This document shows positions 28,158 through 38,293 of a DNA stretch of 61,427 nt, piece by piece. The number at the start of each line of letters is the position of its first letter. The stretch's first letter is position 1. The DNA is from an uncultured Opitutia bacterium (GTDB lineage Bacteria; Verrucomicrobiota; Verrucomicrobiia; Opitutales; UBA953), in NCBI GenBank assembly GCA_903909465.1, contig CAIVVQ010000038.1, positions 1 through 61,427 on the forward strand. Reading direction: 5' to 3'. The notes under the pieces are model-generated. The model did no database searches and was not told the origin of the DNA. It was given only the letters and a program-made list of their open reading frames with translations. A program made the position numbers and the translations under genes.

Positions 28158-30134
28158 ATGAGCCAAGACAATAACGACGATAAGAACGGGAATCGGATTA
28201 ACGCCAAGCCTTTGCTGGTTTGGGTCATCCTCATCGGCTTGGTGGCATTGTTGGTTAATTACAGTGCCCCGGTTGCCAATAGCGTGCAACAACTCGGCGT
28301 GGGTCAGGTATTGTCGTTGGCCCAGGAGAAGAAGATTAAGAATTTAACCGTGAAGCCTGACCCCTCCGCAGGGTCAGATAGTTGGTATCAACTTTCGGGT
28401 GAGCTCGAGGTGAAAGGTGCATCGGCGGACGACAAGTCGCGTTTCGTAGCCGCTGGTCGTGTCACTGAAAAAGAATTTGAAGCCTTACGCAGCTCAGTGG
28501 CAAAAGATGCTTTTAAGGAAGTGCCTGCGCAAACGGGGCTCACGATGTTCCTTTATAACGTTCTGCCGACGTTGCTGATTTCGGGTATCGTGCTCTACAT
28601 GATGTACCGCTTCTTGAAGAACGCGAATCGTGGAGCCATGCAGTTTGCTAAATCGCGGGCACGCTTGAATGCGAATGAAGCCGAAGGCACGACCTTTAAG
28701 GATGTGGCTGGCTGCGATGAGGCGAAGGAAGAGGTGAAGGAGATTGTTGATTTTCTGAAGGACCCCAAGCGCTTCACAAAAATGGGCGCCACCATTCCGA
28801 AGGGTATTTTAATGGTCGGTCCTCCCGGCACTGGAAAAACTTTATTGGCACGTGCGGTCGCCGGCGAAGCCAAGGTTCCCTTCTTAAGCATCAGTGGTTC
28901 CGACTTCGTCGAAATGTTTGTTGGCGTGGGTGCAGCACGTGTGCGCGATACGTTTGAGCAAGCGCGCAAGATGGCGCCCTGCATTATCTTTATCGATGAA
29001 ATCGATGCCGTGGGTCGTCAACGCGGTGCAGGCGTCGGCGGTGGTAACGATGAGCGAGAGCAGACGCTAAACTCTTTGTTGGTCGAGATGGATGGCTTTG
29101 ATGGCCAGGCGGGCGTGATTGTAATCGGTGCGACCAATCGCGCCGACGTGCTGGATCAGGCCTTGCTTCGACCCGGCCGTTTTGACCGCCAAGTCTTTGT
29201 TGATTTGCCTGATTTAAAAGGTCGCGAAGCCGTTTTGGCCGTGCACGCCAAGCGTTTTCAGCTCGCGCCTTCAGTGGATTTGAATCGTGTGGCACGCATC
29301 ACCACTGGCATGTCGGGTGCTGATTTAGCTAACTTACTCAACGAGGGTGCGTTACATGCCGGCCGTCGCAATCGCGATAAAGTCGAGATGTCCGACATCG
29401 AAGAGGCGCGCGACAAAATTGCTTATGGCCGTGAACGTCGTCGCGTGATGGACGAGGAAGATCGTCGCAGCACAGCCTATCACGAGGCGGGTCACGCCAT
29501 TGTCCAGGCCGTGATTGATGATGGCACGATGCCTTTACACAAGGTGACAATCTTGCCACGCGGTCGCGCGTTGGGCATGGCGATGTTCTTGCCGAAGAAA
29601 GATATTCTGGGTTATTCCAAGGTTCGTTTACTCAGTTATATTTGTACCGCCATGGCGGGTCGCATCGGCGAAAAAATCGTTACCGGCGATATTTCTAATG
29701 GGGCATCGTCTGACATTAAACAAGCCACCCGCATGGCCCGTCAAATGGTCTGCGATTGGGGCATGAGTGAGTTAGGGCCGATTTCTTATAACGAAAATTC
29801 GGACACTATTTTCTTGGGTCGCGAAATTTCACGCACGCAATCACACAGCGATGAAACAGCCCGTCGTATTGACGAAGCCGTTGCTAAAATTGTGAGCGAG
29901 CAGTATACTCGCGCCGAAAAAATCATCACCGAGAATGCCGATGCACACCGCAAAATTGCGGAAGCATTGCTTGAGCATGAGACCTTAGACGGTGTGCATG
30001 TGATGGAGATTTTAAAGACTGGTGCGATGCAAACGCCGATTGTTGGTACGCCTGTGCCTAACTTGGTGCGCGAGCCGAATGCCCCTGGAACTGAGCCAGA
30101 AGGGGGCGCTCAGATGTCGCCCAACCCTGCTTGA
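28158..30134 (+). CDS. ftsH: ATP-dependent zinc metalloprotease FtsH
   Basis: [14 protein letters not shown] region, zinc site [11 protein letters not shown] at 28158 is preferred; the TTG at 28143 overlapping the tilS stop is an alternative. Confidence 0.95.
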   Translation: MSQDNNDDKNGNRINAKPLLVWVILIGLVALLVNYSAPVANSVQQLGVGQVLSLAQEKKIKNLTVKPDPSAGSDSWYQLSGELEVKGASADDKSRFVAAGRVTEKEFEALRSSVAKDAFKEVPAQTGLTMFLYNVLPTLLISGIVLYMMYRFLKNANRGAMQFAKSRARLNANEAEGTTFKDVAGCDEAKEEVKEIVDFLKDPKRFTKMGATIPKGILMVGPPGTGKTLLARAVAGEAKVPFLSISGSDFVEMFVGVGAARVRDTFEQARKMAPCIIFIDEIDAVGRQRGAGVGGGNDEREQTLNSLLVEMDGFDGQAGVIVIGATNRADVLDQALLRPGRFDRQVFVDLPDLKGREAVLAVHAKRFQLAPSVDLNRVARITTGMSGADLANLLNEGALHAGRRNRDKVEMSDIEEARDKIAYGRERRRVMDEEDRRSTAYHEAGHAIVQAVIDDGTMPLHKVTILPRGRALGMAMFLPKKDILGYSKVRLLSYICTAMAGRIGEKIVTGDISNGASSDIKQATRMARQMVCDWGMSELGPISYNENSDTIFLGREISRTQSHSDETARRIDEAVAKIVSEQYTRAEKIITENADAHRKIAEALLEHETLDGVHVMEILKTGAMQTPIVGTPVPNLVREPNAPGTEPEGGAQMSPNPA

Positions 30135-30172
30135 GGTTTGCACCCGAAACGTTTTCACCCTAAGTTCTGATT

Positions 30173-30745
30173 ATGGTTATCGGGCTTACGGGTGGAATTG
30201 GTTGCGGCAAAACCGCGGCTGCCAGGTTTTTTGAACCGCACGGCTTTGTGATTGTGGAGGCCGATCAGCTGGCCCGTCAGGCTTTGAATGAGCCAGCGAG
30301 TTTAGCAGCGATAGAGGCCCGATGGGGAAGGGAGTGCCTCCGCTCGGACGGTTCGCCGAACCGCGAGTGGATTGGCCGGAAAGTTTTTGCGGACACCGCT
30401 GAGCGCACCTTTTTGGAGTCACTCTTGCATCCCAGGGTCGCGGTATTGCGAGCGCAGGCGACGGCAGATCGGAAGCGCTCCTTTGTGGTGGAAATCCCTT
30501 TGCTCTTCGAACTGGGCTTAGAGGGGACATTTGATGCGGTGGTATGCGTCGCCTGTTCGGATGCGGTGCGATTAAACCGACTGGAGAATCGCGGTTTATC
30601 CCGAGAGCAGGCTGTGGCTAGAATTAGTTCACAAATGCCTATCAGTGATAAGGTTAAGAAATCAAAATTTGTGATTTGGAATGACGGCGACCTCGACTTT
30701 TTACAGGCCGAAGTGGACCGTTTGGTGGTTACATTACGGCAGTAA
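30173..30745 (+). CDS. coaE: dephospho-CoA kinase
   Basis: GLTGGIGCGKT P-loop at the N-terminus; 190 aa. Confidence 0.9.
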   Translation: MVIGLTGGIGCGKTAAARFFEPHGFVIVEADQLARQALNEPASLAAIEARWGRECLRSDGSPNREWIGRKVFADTAERTFLESLLHPRVAVLRAQATADRKRSFVVEIPLLFELGLEGTFDAVVCVACSDAVRLNRLENRGLSREQAVARISSQMPISDKVKKSKFVIWNDGDLDFLQAEVDRLVVTLRQ

Positions 30746-30877
30746 AAAACTCGTTATAAAACGCCTAGTTTGCGATTGCGGATAGGGTGGGCGGTTTTAC
30801 CGTTCACTTTACACCTCACCCCGCCCTTTACCGGCGGGGACTCATTAACCCCTTCTTCCGACTAGGACTACCTACCC

Positions 30878-32590
30878 GTGACGACCGCCGACGATTTCGT
30901 CATCCAATTTATTCAAGACAAGGGACTCGTTTCCTCAGCCGACGTGGCTGAGGCGCGCGCGTCCTTGACCAGCATTCCTGACGGACAAAATCCGGACACC
31001 CTGGCAATCGCCAAGCTGGTCGAAGCAGGGAAGGTTAGCTGGGCGAAAATTACCAAGGAACTGGGCAAGGAATTTGATATGGAAGTGATTGACGTCTCGG
31101 TCGTCACTCCAGCCGATGCGTTATTAAAATTAGTCGGACGTGAATTGGCGGAACGTTCCAATATTTTACCATTACAAATGGATGGGGCGGAACTGCTCGT
31201 TGCCATTGCTGATCCGCTTGACACCGAGACCCTCGATTCGCTTTCGCGCGTATTAAAATTAACTTTAAATACCAAGTTAGCCCCACCCGATGAGCTCAAG
31301 GTTGCGATCGAGCGTTGTTATACGGGCGGTCAAGCTGCAGGTGGTGCGGACGATATTTTAGGCGGAATGGGCGGCGATGGGATTGAGTTACCCTCCACGG
31401 GTGACGTGAAGCAGGAAGACGCCCCAATTATCCGCTACGTGAATTCGCTCATTGTGGATGCGATTCGTCGCAAGGCTTCTGACATTCACTTAGAGCCGCT
31501 CGAAAAACGTTTCCGTGTTCGTTTCCGCGTGGACGGTGTTTTGCAGGAGATGAAGGGCCCCGCTAAGCGCCTCCAGGCCTCGGTGATTTCACGCCTGAAA
31601 TTAATGGCTGAAGTCTCGCTCGCTGAAAAACGCATTCCGCAAGACGGACGCATTCAGGCTCGCACGGGTGGACGAGACATTGACTTACGTGTATCGATTT
31701 TGCCGACCGTTTATGGTGAGTCGATCGTCATGCGTATTCTCGATAAAGAAGGGCTGAAGCTCGGTTTACCCGAGTTGGGTTTCTTTGCGGATGACCAAGC
31801 GAAATTCCAAGGTCTGATTTCAGGTTCAGACGGCGTGTTCCTCGTCACCGGTCCGACTGGCTCGGGTAAGTCCACCACACTTTATTCGGCGCTGAATTAT
31901 ATTAATAAGCCCGACCGAAAAATCATCACCGTGGAAGATCCGGTGGAATACCAAATGGCTGGCATCAATCAAGTGCAGGTGAAGCGTGATGTCGGTATGA
32001 CTTTTGCGGCCGCTTTACGTGCGATGTTACGTCAGGCACCTAACATCGTGATGATCGGTGAAATTCGAGATTTAGAAACCGCCGAAATCGCAATCAATGC
32101 GGCGCTCACCGGTCACATGGTGTTCTCGACATTGCACACCAATGACTCGGTCAGCGCGGTGACACGCTTAGTGGATATCGGCGTAAAGCCGTTCCTTGTT
32201 TCCGCGGCGTTACGTGGTGCCTTGGCGCAACGTCTGGTGCGTCGTATTTGTCAGTCCTGTGCGCAGCCTTATAAGCCGACGGCAAAGGAACTTTATACCA
32301 TCGGTATGACGGAGCAGGACATTGCCGGAGCGACTCCAATGAAGGGTGCTGGTTGTCCGAAGTGCAACGAGCGCGGCTACAAGGGTCGTCGTGGCGTCTT
32401 CGAAATTTTTGTGATTACGGAAGAGGTCCAGGAAATGATTTACTCTGGAGCCAGTCTCGTGGAGTTACGTCGCAAGGCGCGCGAATCGGGCATGCGCACC
32501 ATGCGTGAAGACGGCCAACGCAAGGTGGCATCGGGAATGACCACCGTCGAAGAAGTCATGGGAGCCACCGTGGCGGACGATATCATCTAA
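30878..32590 (+). CDS. pilB: GspE/PilB-family type IV filament assembly ATPase (paralog 1)
   Basis: N-terminal T2SSE_N-like domain, Walker [11 protein letters not shown], His box FSTLHTND, tetra-Cys motif CQSC...CPKC. GTG start. Confidence 0.88.
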   Translation: MTTADDFVIQFIQDKGLVSSADVAEARASLTSIPDGQNPDTLAIAKLVEAGKVSWAKITKELGKEFDMEVIDVSVVTPADALLKLVGRELAERSNILPLQMDGAELLVAIADPLDTETLDSLSRVLKLTLNTKLAPPDELKVAIERCYTGGQAAGGADDILGGMGGDGIELPSTGDVKQEDAPIIRYVNSLIVDAIRRKASDIHLEPLEKRFRVRFRVDGVLQEMKGPAKRLQASVISRLKLMAEVSLAEKRIPQDGRIQARTGGRDIDLRVSILPTVYGESIVMRILDKEGLKLGLPELGFFADDQAKFQGLISGSDGVFLVTGPTGSGKSTTLYSALNYINKPDRKIITVEDPVEYQMAGINQVQVKRDVGMTFAAALRAMLRQAPNIVMIGEIRDLETAEIAINAALTGHMVFSTLHTNDSVSAVTRLVDIGVKPFLVSAALRGALAQRLVRRICQSCAQPYKPTAKELYTIGMTEQDIAGATPMKGAGCPKCNERGYKGRRGVFEIFVITEEVQEMIYSGASLVELRRKARESGMRTMREDGQRKVASGMTTVEEVMGATVADDII

Positions 32591-32595
32591 TCGGA

Positions 32596-33675
32596 ATGGC
32601 GTACGACCTCCAAGATTTACTGAAAGCCATGGTCGACAATGGCGGGTCGGACTTGCACTTACACGTCGGCGTGCCTCCCTGTCTTCGCATCGCTGGAAAA
32701 ATTATTCAGGTCCAAGGAGAAGCCTTAACGCCTGCGGATACCGCCGCAATGGCGAAGACAATTATGCCCCCCATGCAAGCGGAGCGACTTGAAAGAGATG
32801 GTGGTTGCGACTTTGGTTTCATGCATGGCACCGAAGGTCGTCGGTTCCGCGCCAATGTTTTTCGCTCTCAAGGCTCCCATGGTTTGGTTTTGCGATTAAT
32901 CACCAATAAACTTTACACGATTGATCAGCTTCGTTTACCCAACACAATTAAATCCCTGCTTGGACGTTCGGGTGGCCTAATTCTCGTCGCTTGTCCTACC
33001 GGTTTTGGAAAATCAACCACGCTGGCAGCGATGATTGACTGGATTAATAATAACGAGAATGGCCATGTAATTACATTAGAAGAGCCAATCGAATTTATAC
33101 ATGAACCGAAGAAGTGCGTCATTAGTCAGCGCGAGGTCCTGACGGATGTCCCCAGTTTTGCTGAAGGCATTCGTGCGGCTTTAAGACAAGACCCTGATGT
33201 TATCTTGGTCGGTGAGATGAGGGATTTAGAGACTATCTCGGCTGCCGTGACTGCTGCCGAGACGGGGCACCTTGTACTCGCCTCGCTTCATACAACGGGC
33301 GCAGGACGGACGGTCGATCGCATCATTGATGCCTTTCCAGATAATGCACGTGAACAGATCAGAACCCAGTTGGCGGCTTCATTGGCGGCAATCATTTCTC
33401 AGGTTTTATTAAAAACTAAAGATGGACGACGGGTGGCAGCATTCGAAATCATGGTTCGTACGGATGGTATCGCTGCTAAAATCCGTGACAAAAAAACTTA
33501 TCAAATCGCCTCGGATATTGAAACAGGCGTTTCCCGCGGCATGCGCACCCTAGATTCAGATTTAATTACGCTCTACAAACAGGGTGAAATTGAGGAATCG
33601 GAGATTTTGACTTATTGTCAGGACATTGAGGCCATGAAGGCCCGACTGAAACTCCATCGCGGCACCGTAAACTAA
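32596..33675 (+). CDS. pilT: PilT/PilU-like retraction-type ATPase with deviant P-loop
   Basis: 359 aa with no N-terminal GSPII domain. Asp box VILVGEMRDLETI and His box TGHLVLASLHT are present. Walker A reads CPTGFGKST instead of GPTGSGKST. Confidence 0.82.
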   Translation: MAYDLQDLLKAMVDNGGSDLHLHVGVPPCLRIAGKIIQVQGEALTPADTAAMAKTIMPPMQAERLERDGGCDFGFMHGTEGRRFRANVFRSQGSHGLVLRLITNKLYTIDQLRLPNTIKSLLGRSGGLILVACPTGFGKSTTLAAMIDWINNNENGHVITLEEPIEFIHEPKKCVISQREVLTDVPSFAEGIRAALRQDPDVILVGEMRDLETISAAVTAAETGHLVLASLHTTGAGRTVDRIIDAFPDNAREQIRTQLAASLAAIISQVLLKTKDGRRVAAFEIMVRTDGIAAKIRDKKTYQIASDIETGVSRGMRTLDSDLITLYKQGEIEESEILTYCQDIEAMKARLKLHRGTVN

Positions 33676-33698
33676 CCTATAATTTTATATAAAACACC

Positions 33699-35381
33699 AT
33701 GTTTGAAGACCACAGTGATATTGTAAGGGACATAACCGTCGAGGCGGGTCTATTGAATCAGACTCAAGCCGACGAGATATGGGAGTCGCACACCACGACT
33801 GGTAAGTCTTTCGCCGACAGCTTAGTCGATGCCGGCTTGGCCGATCGCCCCGCAATTTTACAGGCCATTGCGGATCACTTGGGTGTGCAGTATTATTCGG
33901 CCGTACCCGTTGCGACCGATGAAGAAATTATCAAAATTTTAAAAGCCCCACAGGCGCACAAGTATGCGGTGGTGCCAGTGGCCGATGAGGCGGGTAAGGT
34001 TACGCTGGTCGCAAAAGACCCTTTTAATTCAGCGACCGTTAATGAATTAACTTTTATATTAAAACGCGACATCGAGCTAGCCGTGGCGGACCCCAGCATG
34101 GTCGACGCTGCGATCATTCGTGATTACGGTGAGCCTTCGGCCACCTCGATGGAAGACTTGCTCGGTGAGTTCGACCAGCTCCACGATCAAGTTACGAGCG
34201 AAGAAGACGCGGCGAAGGCTGCGAATCAGGCCCCGATTATTCGCTTCGTGGATTTAGTTTTACAGGAAGCAGTTAAGGCTAAGGCGTCCGACATTCACTT
34301 TGAACCGTTTGAGGATCAATTCCGCATCCGTTACCGGATTGACGGTTCGCTTTATGAGATGGCCCCACCACCGAAAAACTTGGCCCCTGCGGTAACGGCC
34401 CGGGTGAAGGTGCTGTCTTCATTGAACATCGCCGAGCGTCGCATCCCGCAAGATGGTCGCATCAAGACGATCATTGGTGGGCGCGCGATTGATTTGCGCG
34501 TTTCGACTTTGCCGACCCAGTTTGGTGAGTCGCTCGTGTTACGTATTTTAGATAAAACGGTGGTTAACCTCAGCCTCGATGCGCTCTCCATGCAGGAAGA
34601 TATTAAGGAAGGGATTCGTACGATGGTGAATCGCCCCAATGGTATATTCATTGTCACCGGTCCGACGGGCTCAGGTAAGACGACCACCCTTTATTCCGCA
34701 TTACGCGAGGTGAACACGGAAGACGTAAAGATTTTAACTGCCGAAGACCCTGTTGAATATGAAGTCGAAGGCATCATGCAGGTACCGATCAACCACCAAG
34801 TGGGACTGACCTTTGCCGCGGCCCTCCGTTCTTTCCTTCGTCAAGATCCTGACACCATCATGGTCGGTGAAATTCGAGACATTGAAACGGCCCAGATTGC
34901 CGTGCAGGCTTCGCTCACCGGTCACGTGGTATTATCGACCTTGCACACCAATGATGCCCCTGGTGCTGTCACGCGTTTAATCGATATGGGCCTCGAGCCT
35001 TTCTTGATTTCGGCATCACTTGAAGGCGTGCTTGCCCAACGTCTTTTGCGTAAAATTTGTAAATCGTGTCGTACCGCTTATGAGCCCGACAAAGAAGTCG
35101 TTAACATGCTCGATGTGGATGCCTTGGAAATCGCCAATAAGAAGTTCTACTTCGGCAAGGGTTGCCCTGAATGTAATCGTTCGGGCTACCGCAGTCGCCA
35201 AGGCCTCTTCGAATTGATGACCATCAGTGATTCCATTCGCACCCTGATTACGCAGCGTGCACCGACTTTGGTGCTGAAGCAAAAGGCGATCGAAGTGGGT
35301 ATGCGTCCGTTACGCGAAGACGGCCTGCGCTGTATCTTCGATGGTTTAACCACGATTGAAGAAGTCCTGAAATACACCTAA
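33699..35381 (+). CDS. pilB: GspE/PilB-family type IV filament assembly ATPase (paralog 2)
   Basis: T2SSE_N-like N-terminus, Walker [19 protein letters not shown], tetra-Cys motif CKSC...CPEC. Confidence 0.88.
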   Translation: MFEDHSDIVRDITVEAGLLNQTQADEIWESHTTTGKSFADSLVDAGLADRPAILQAIADHLGVQYYSAVPVATDEEIIKILKAPQAHKYAVVPVADEAGKVTLVAKDPFNSATVNELTFILKRDIELAVADPSMVDAAIIRDYGEPSATSMEDLLGEFDQLHDQVTSEEDAAKAANQAPIIRFVDLVLQEAVKAKASDIHFEPFEDQFRIRYRIDGSLYEMAPPPKNLAPAVTARVKVLSSLNIAERRIPQDGRIKTIIGGRAIDLRVSTLPTQFGESLVLRILDKTVVNLSLDALSMQEDIKEGIRTMVNRPNGIFIVTGPTGSGKTTTLYSALREVNTEDVKILTAEDPVEYEVEGIMQVPINHQVGLTFAAALRSFLRQDPDTIMVGEIRDIETAQIAVQASLTGHVVLSTLHTNDAPGAVTRLIDMGLEPFLISASLEGVLAQRLLRKICKSCRTAYEPDKEVVNMLDVDALEIANKKFYFGKGCPECNRSGYRSRQGLFELMTISDSIRTLITQRAPTLVLKQKAIEVGMRPLREDGLRCIFDGLTTIEEVLKYT

Positions 35382-35404
35382 CCCTTTATCTCCCACACAT
35401 TCCC

Positions 35405-36655
35405 ATGCCCGAATATAAGTACAGTGCAATTGACCGCAAAGGCGCCCAAGCCAGCGGCAAAATTGATGCCGCCAGCGATGAACAAGCGCGCCAAAAATTG
35501 ATGGCCAAGGGCCTGATGGTGACGACCTTGGCGCTCGACGGTGGTGCCGCGAAGGCCGCCGCTGTGGTTGCCGCCCCCAAGAAATCGGGCTTCAGTTTTA
35601 GCTTTGGGGCGAAAGTGAAGCCCGATGATGTCACCATCATGACTCGCCAACTCGCGACGCTGATTGTGGCGGGTCTGCCTTTATTACGGGCACTGGAATT
35701 GATTCACCGTCAGGAGCGTAACCCGCACTTTAAACAAATTTTATCTAATATCGCTGAGAGCGTTTCACAGGGTAATAACCTTTCGGAGGCCTTACAGTCT
35801 CACCCTAAAGTCTTCGATCGACTCTATGTGAACATGATTAAGGCGGGTGAAGCCGGCGGCGTTCTGGATAAAGTTTTGGACCGTCTCGCGAAGTTCCGCG
35901 AAAAAGCCCAGCGCATTCAGAAGAAGGTGAAGTCAGCCATGGTGTATCCAGGCGTCGTTGTGACAGTGGCCGTGGTGATTGTTTATATTCTGATGGTGAA
36001 GGTGGTACCTTCATTCCAAAAACTTTTGGACGGACAAAAAACCCAGATGCCTCCGTTGACCCAATTCGTGGTCGGCATTTCCAAGGCTTTGACCGATTAC
36101 TGGTATGTCACCCCATTCGTCGTTTTCGGCTTTTATTTCTTCATCAAAACGTGGCTTTCGACGGAGAAGGGGAAGGCTATCTTCGATAAAATTATTTTTA
36201 AATTACCAAAGATCGGCGGCTTCGTGCAGATTGTTTCGGTTTCCCGCTTTGCCCGCACCTTTGGTACTTTGATGTCGTCAGGCGTTCCCATTCTCCAGGC
36301 GATTACCATTACGCGCGACACGCTGGATAATGTTGTCATCGCCAACTCACTCGAGCGCGTGCATGACCGCGTCCGGGACGGCGAGCCGCTTTCAGTGCCA
36401 CTTGAGCAGACGGGCGTTTTCCCCCAAATGGTTACTTCAATGATTCAGGTTGGCGAAGAAACGGGTCAGCTGCCTGAAATGTTGAATCGCGTGGCGGATA
36501 TTTATGACGAAGAAGTCGATAATGCGGTGACCGCGCTCACATCGATTATTGAACCGGTGTTGATCGTGTTCCTCGCCGTTGTAGTCGGTGCCATCGTTCT
36601 CGCGATGTTCCTGCCGCTGATTGCGCTGATCACTAAGATGACTGGCGGAGCGTAA
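35405..36655 (+). CDS. pilC: PilC/GspF-family inner-membrane platform protein
   Basis: 416 aa with two T2SSF-like repeats (LATLIVAGLPLLRAL... and FARTFGTLMSSGVPILQAI...) and three TM segments. Confidence 0.88.
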   Translation: MPEYKYSAIDRKGAQASGKIDAASDEQARQKLMAKGLMVTTLALDGGAAKAAAVVAAPKKSGFSFSFGAKVKPDDVTIMTRQLATLIVAGLPLLRALELIHRQERNPHFKQILSNIAESVSQGNNLSEALQSHPKVFDRLYVNMIKAGEAGGVLDKVLDRLAKFREKAQRIQKKVKSAMVYPGVVVTVAVVIVYILMVKVVPSFQKLLDGQKTQMPPLTQFVVGISKALTDYWYVTPFVVFGFYFFIKTWLSTEKGKAIFDKIIFKLPKIGGFVQIVSVSRFARTFGTLMSSGVPILQAITITRDTLDNVVIANSLERVHDRVRDGEPLSVPLEQTGVFPQMVTSMIQVGEETGQLPEMLNRVADIYDEEVDNAVTALTSIIEPVLIVFLAVVVGAIVLAMFLPLIALITKMTGGA

Positions 36656-36679
36656 TCGATACCCGAACATCAACCATTG

Positions 36680-36706
36680 AAGCCCGATTCATCGTCGGGC
36701 TTTTTT
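36680..36706 (+). terminator. intrinsic terminator after pilC
   Basis: AAGCCCGA-TTCATCG-TCGGGCTT followed by TTTT. Confidence 0.85.
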
Positions 36707-36734
36707 ATTTGTGGGGGCGCCTGAGGAACTGCCC

Positions 36735-36781
36735 AAAAAAGGAGCCGGCTTACGTACCCCTACGCAAGCCGGCTGTTTTTT
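36735..36781. terminator. second, bidirectional terminator (14-bp stem)
   Basis: AAAAAA-GG-AGCCGGCTTACGTA-CCCC-TACGCAAGCCGGCT-G-TTTTTT with one mismatch in the stem. It can serve the pil operon (+) and the tRNA-Met transcript (-). Confidence 0.8.
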
Positions 36782-36923
36782 ACTATTTTAACTTACTTAC
36801 CCCATTGCCCCGTAGGACAAATTGATGTGATTAACAAAATGTGCTTAGGGGTTATTTGCAAGAAATAATGACTAATTTCAACTATTTAGGTGTATAACCT
36901 ACTGAAGGCTAACAACTTAAAAT

Positions 36924-37001
36924 TGGGTGCAGGGGTAGGATTTGAACCTACGACCTTCAGGTTATGAGCCTGACGAGCTAACCGGGCTGCTCCACCCTGC
37001 A
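36924..37001 (-). tRNA. tRNA with CAU anticodon, initiator-like body (tRNA-fMet candidate; Ile2/elongator Met not excluded)
   Basis: Reverse complement TGCAGGG-TG-GAGC-AGCCCGGTTA-GCTC-G-TCAGG-CTCATAA-CCTGA-AGGTC-GTAGG-TTCAAAT-CCTAC-CCCTGCA-C-CCA. It has A11:U24 and closely resembles the E. coli initiator as I recall it, but with U1:A72 and only two G:C pairs at 29-31/39-41. Confidence 0.85.
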
Positions 37002-37161
37002 ATAAGTGGGAAGGGGAGAAGAAGGGCGGAAGGCGGGACCCGCAAGATATTTTTTCAAGTCATAATGGGATGCCCTGGGTGGGCCTCGGGGTCTCGATGG
37101 GGCTCGGCATTGGGGTGTAAACGACTGGGCCTTCGCTTGTCAGTCTAGGTCCCGCCCTAGA

Positions 37162-38244
37162 ATGAGTCAGATGGCACCTAGTGATTCTAAATTTATTCGT
37201 CGAGTGGGTGAACGATCCTGGCGCGGGCTCATCATCTCGGTGGCGCTTCACGGTTTACTCGCTTGGTTGGCGTGTTGGATTATTTTTCGGATTCCTACTC
37301 AGCCGACTAAAAAGCCAGATGAAGTTTTTATGGTGGCGGGTGGAGGGGCAAAGGCTTCTGCGCCACAAACGTATGCGGCTGCTCAATCACAGCGCGTGGA
37401 AAAAATTACGCCGCAGCGGCTCTTGGCGGAAAGTGCGACGGCGCCCATTGTGATTTCCGATTTACCTCAAACCGAGAGCGGTGCGACGGCCAAGGTGGGC
37501 GACTCGGGGTTGAGTCAAGGGCTAGGCGGCGGGTTGGGCGGAGTAAAAGGTCTGGGCAGTGGATTAGGCAATGGAATCGGGTATGTCGGTAAATGTGTGA
37601 TGGGTGCGATGATTAAGGCGCAAAAAGTGGCCGTGTACTTGGATTGTTCGGGCTCCATGCGGCCTTATTTAACGCGTGTCACGGCCGAGATTAAAAAGCA
37701 GTATCCCGCGGCTGACGTCTTTCGTTTTGATGGTGCGCGGGTTGTGGCCCTCGGGGATAATATTATTTACGGCCGAAATTTCCGCGGCGAGGCGCCCAAG
37801 TTGACCGAGGCACCGTCGCAGACAATTGAGGGTGAGTTAACGGCCGAAGGTCGGCAATTGCAGGTGAAGTTACGAGCGGCTTGTGAAAAAGGTTCACTGG
37901 GTGCGTGGATTGATCGCATGCTGAATGAGCCCTATGATGCGCTGGTGGTTTTTTCCGACTTCATGGACGGTGTGCGCGTTTATGAGTCGCGTCCGGCGGG
38001 CGGGTTCACGCAGGTCTATTCGGATAGCGCTTACCATCGGGTGGGCCAGAAGCTGCCAGCCGGCGCCTGGCAACGACGGTGGTTAGAGGCCTTTAAAAAT
38101 GGGGCGACCAATCGAGGGCCGAAGGTATACCTTTTCTCCATAGATAAGCCGCCACAGGGCTTCCTGCAGGCCTGCGTCGAGGCCTCGGGTGGTGCTTCGG
38201 CGAATGTGGGCTGGCTGCGTCAGGCGGTAGGACAACCCAGGTAG
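37162..38244 (+). CDS. hypothetical membrane-anchored protein: TonB/TolA-like SxxxH TM anchor, Gly-rich linker, vWA-like (MIDAS) domain
   Basis: TM segment RGLIISVALHGLLAWLACWIIF (S26, H30), linker GLSQGLGGGLGGVKGLGSGLGNGIG, DxSxS in VAVYLDCSGSM (D161), later VVFSDFMDG. Confidence 0.6.
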   Translation: MSQMAPSDSKFIRRVGERSWRGLIISVALHGLLAWLACWIIFRIPTQPTKKPDEVFMVAGGGAKASAPQTYAAAQSQRVEKITPQRLLAESATAPIVISDLPQTESGATAKVGDSGLSQGLGGGLGGVKGLGSGLGNGIGYVGKCVMGAMIKAQKVAVYLDCSGSMRPYLTRVTAEIKKQYPAADVFRFDGARVVALGDNIIYGRNFRGEAPKLTEAPSQTIEGELTAEGRQLQVKLRAACEKGSLGAWIDRMLNEPYDALVVFSDFMDGVRVYESRPAGGFTQVYSDSAYHRVGQKLPAGAWQRRWLEAFKNGATNRGPKVYLFSIDKPPQGFLQACVEASGGASANVGWLRQAVGQPR

Positions 38245-38293
38245 AATGTGCCTTGGCGGTTGCACCGTACAGGTAGATGGTTTGGATGGTTCC

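Noticed and set aside
36942-37148. 68-aa plus-strand ORF over tRNA(CAU)
   Set aside because: It overlaps the tRNA gene and its upstream region, with no coding features.
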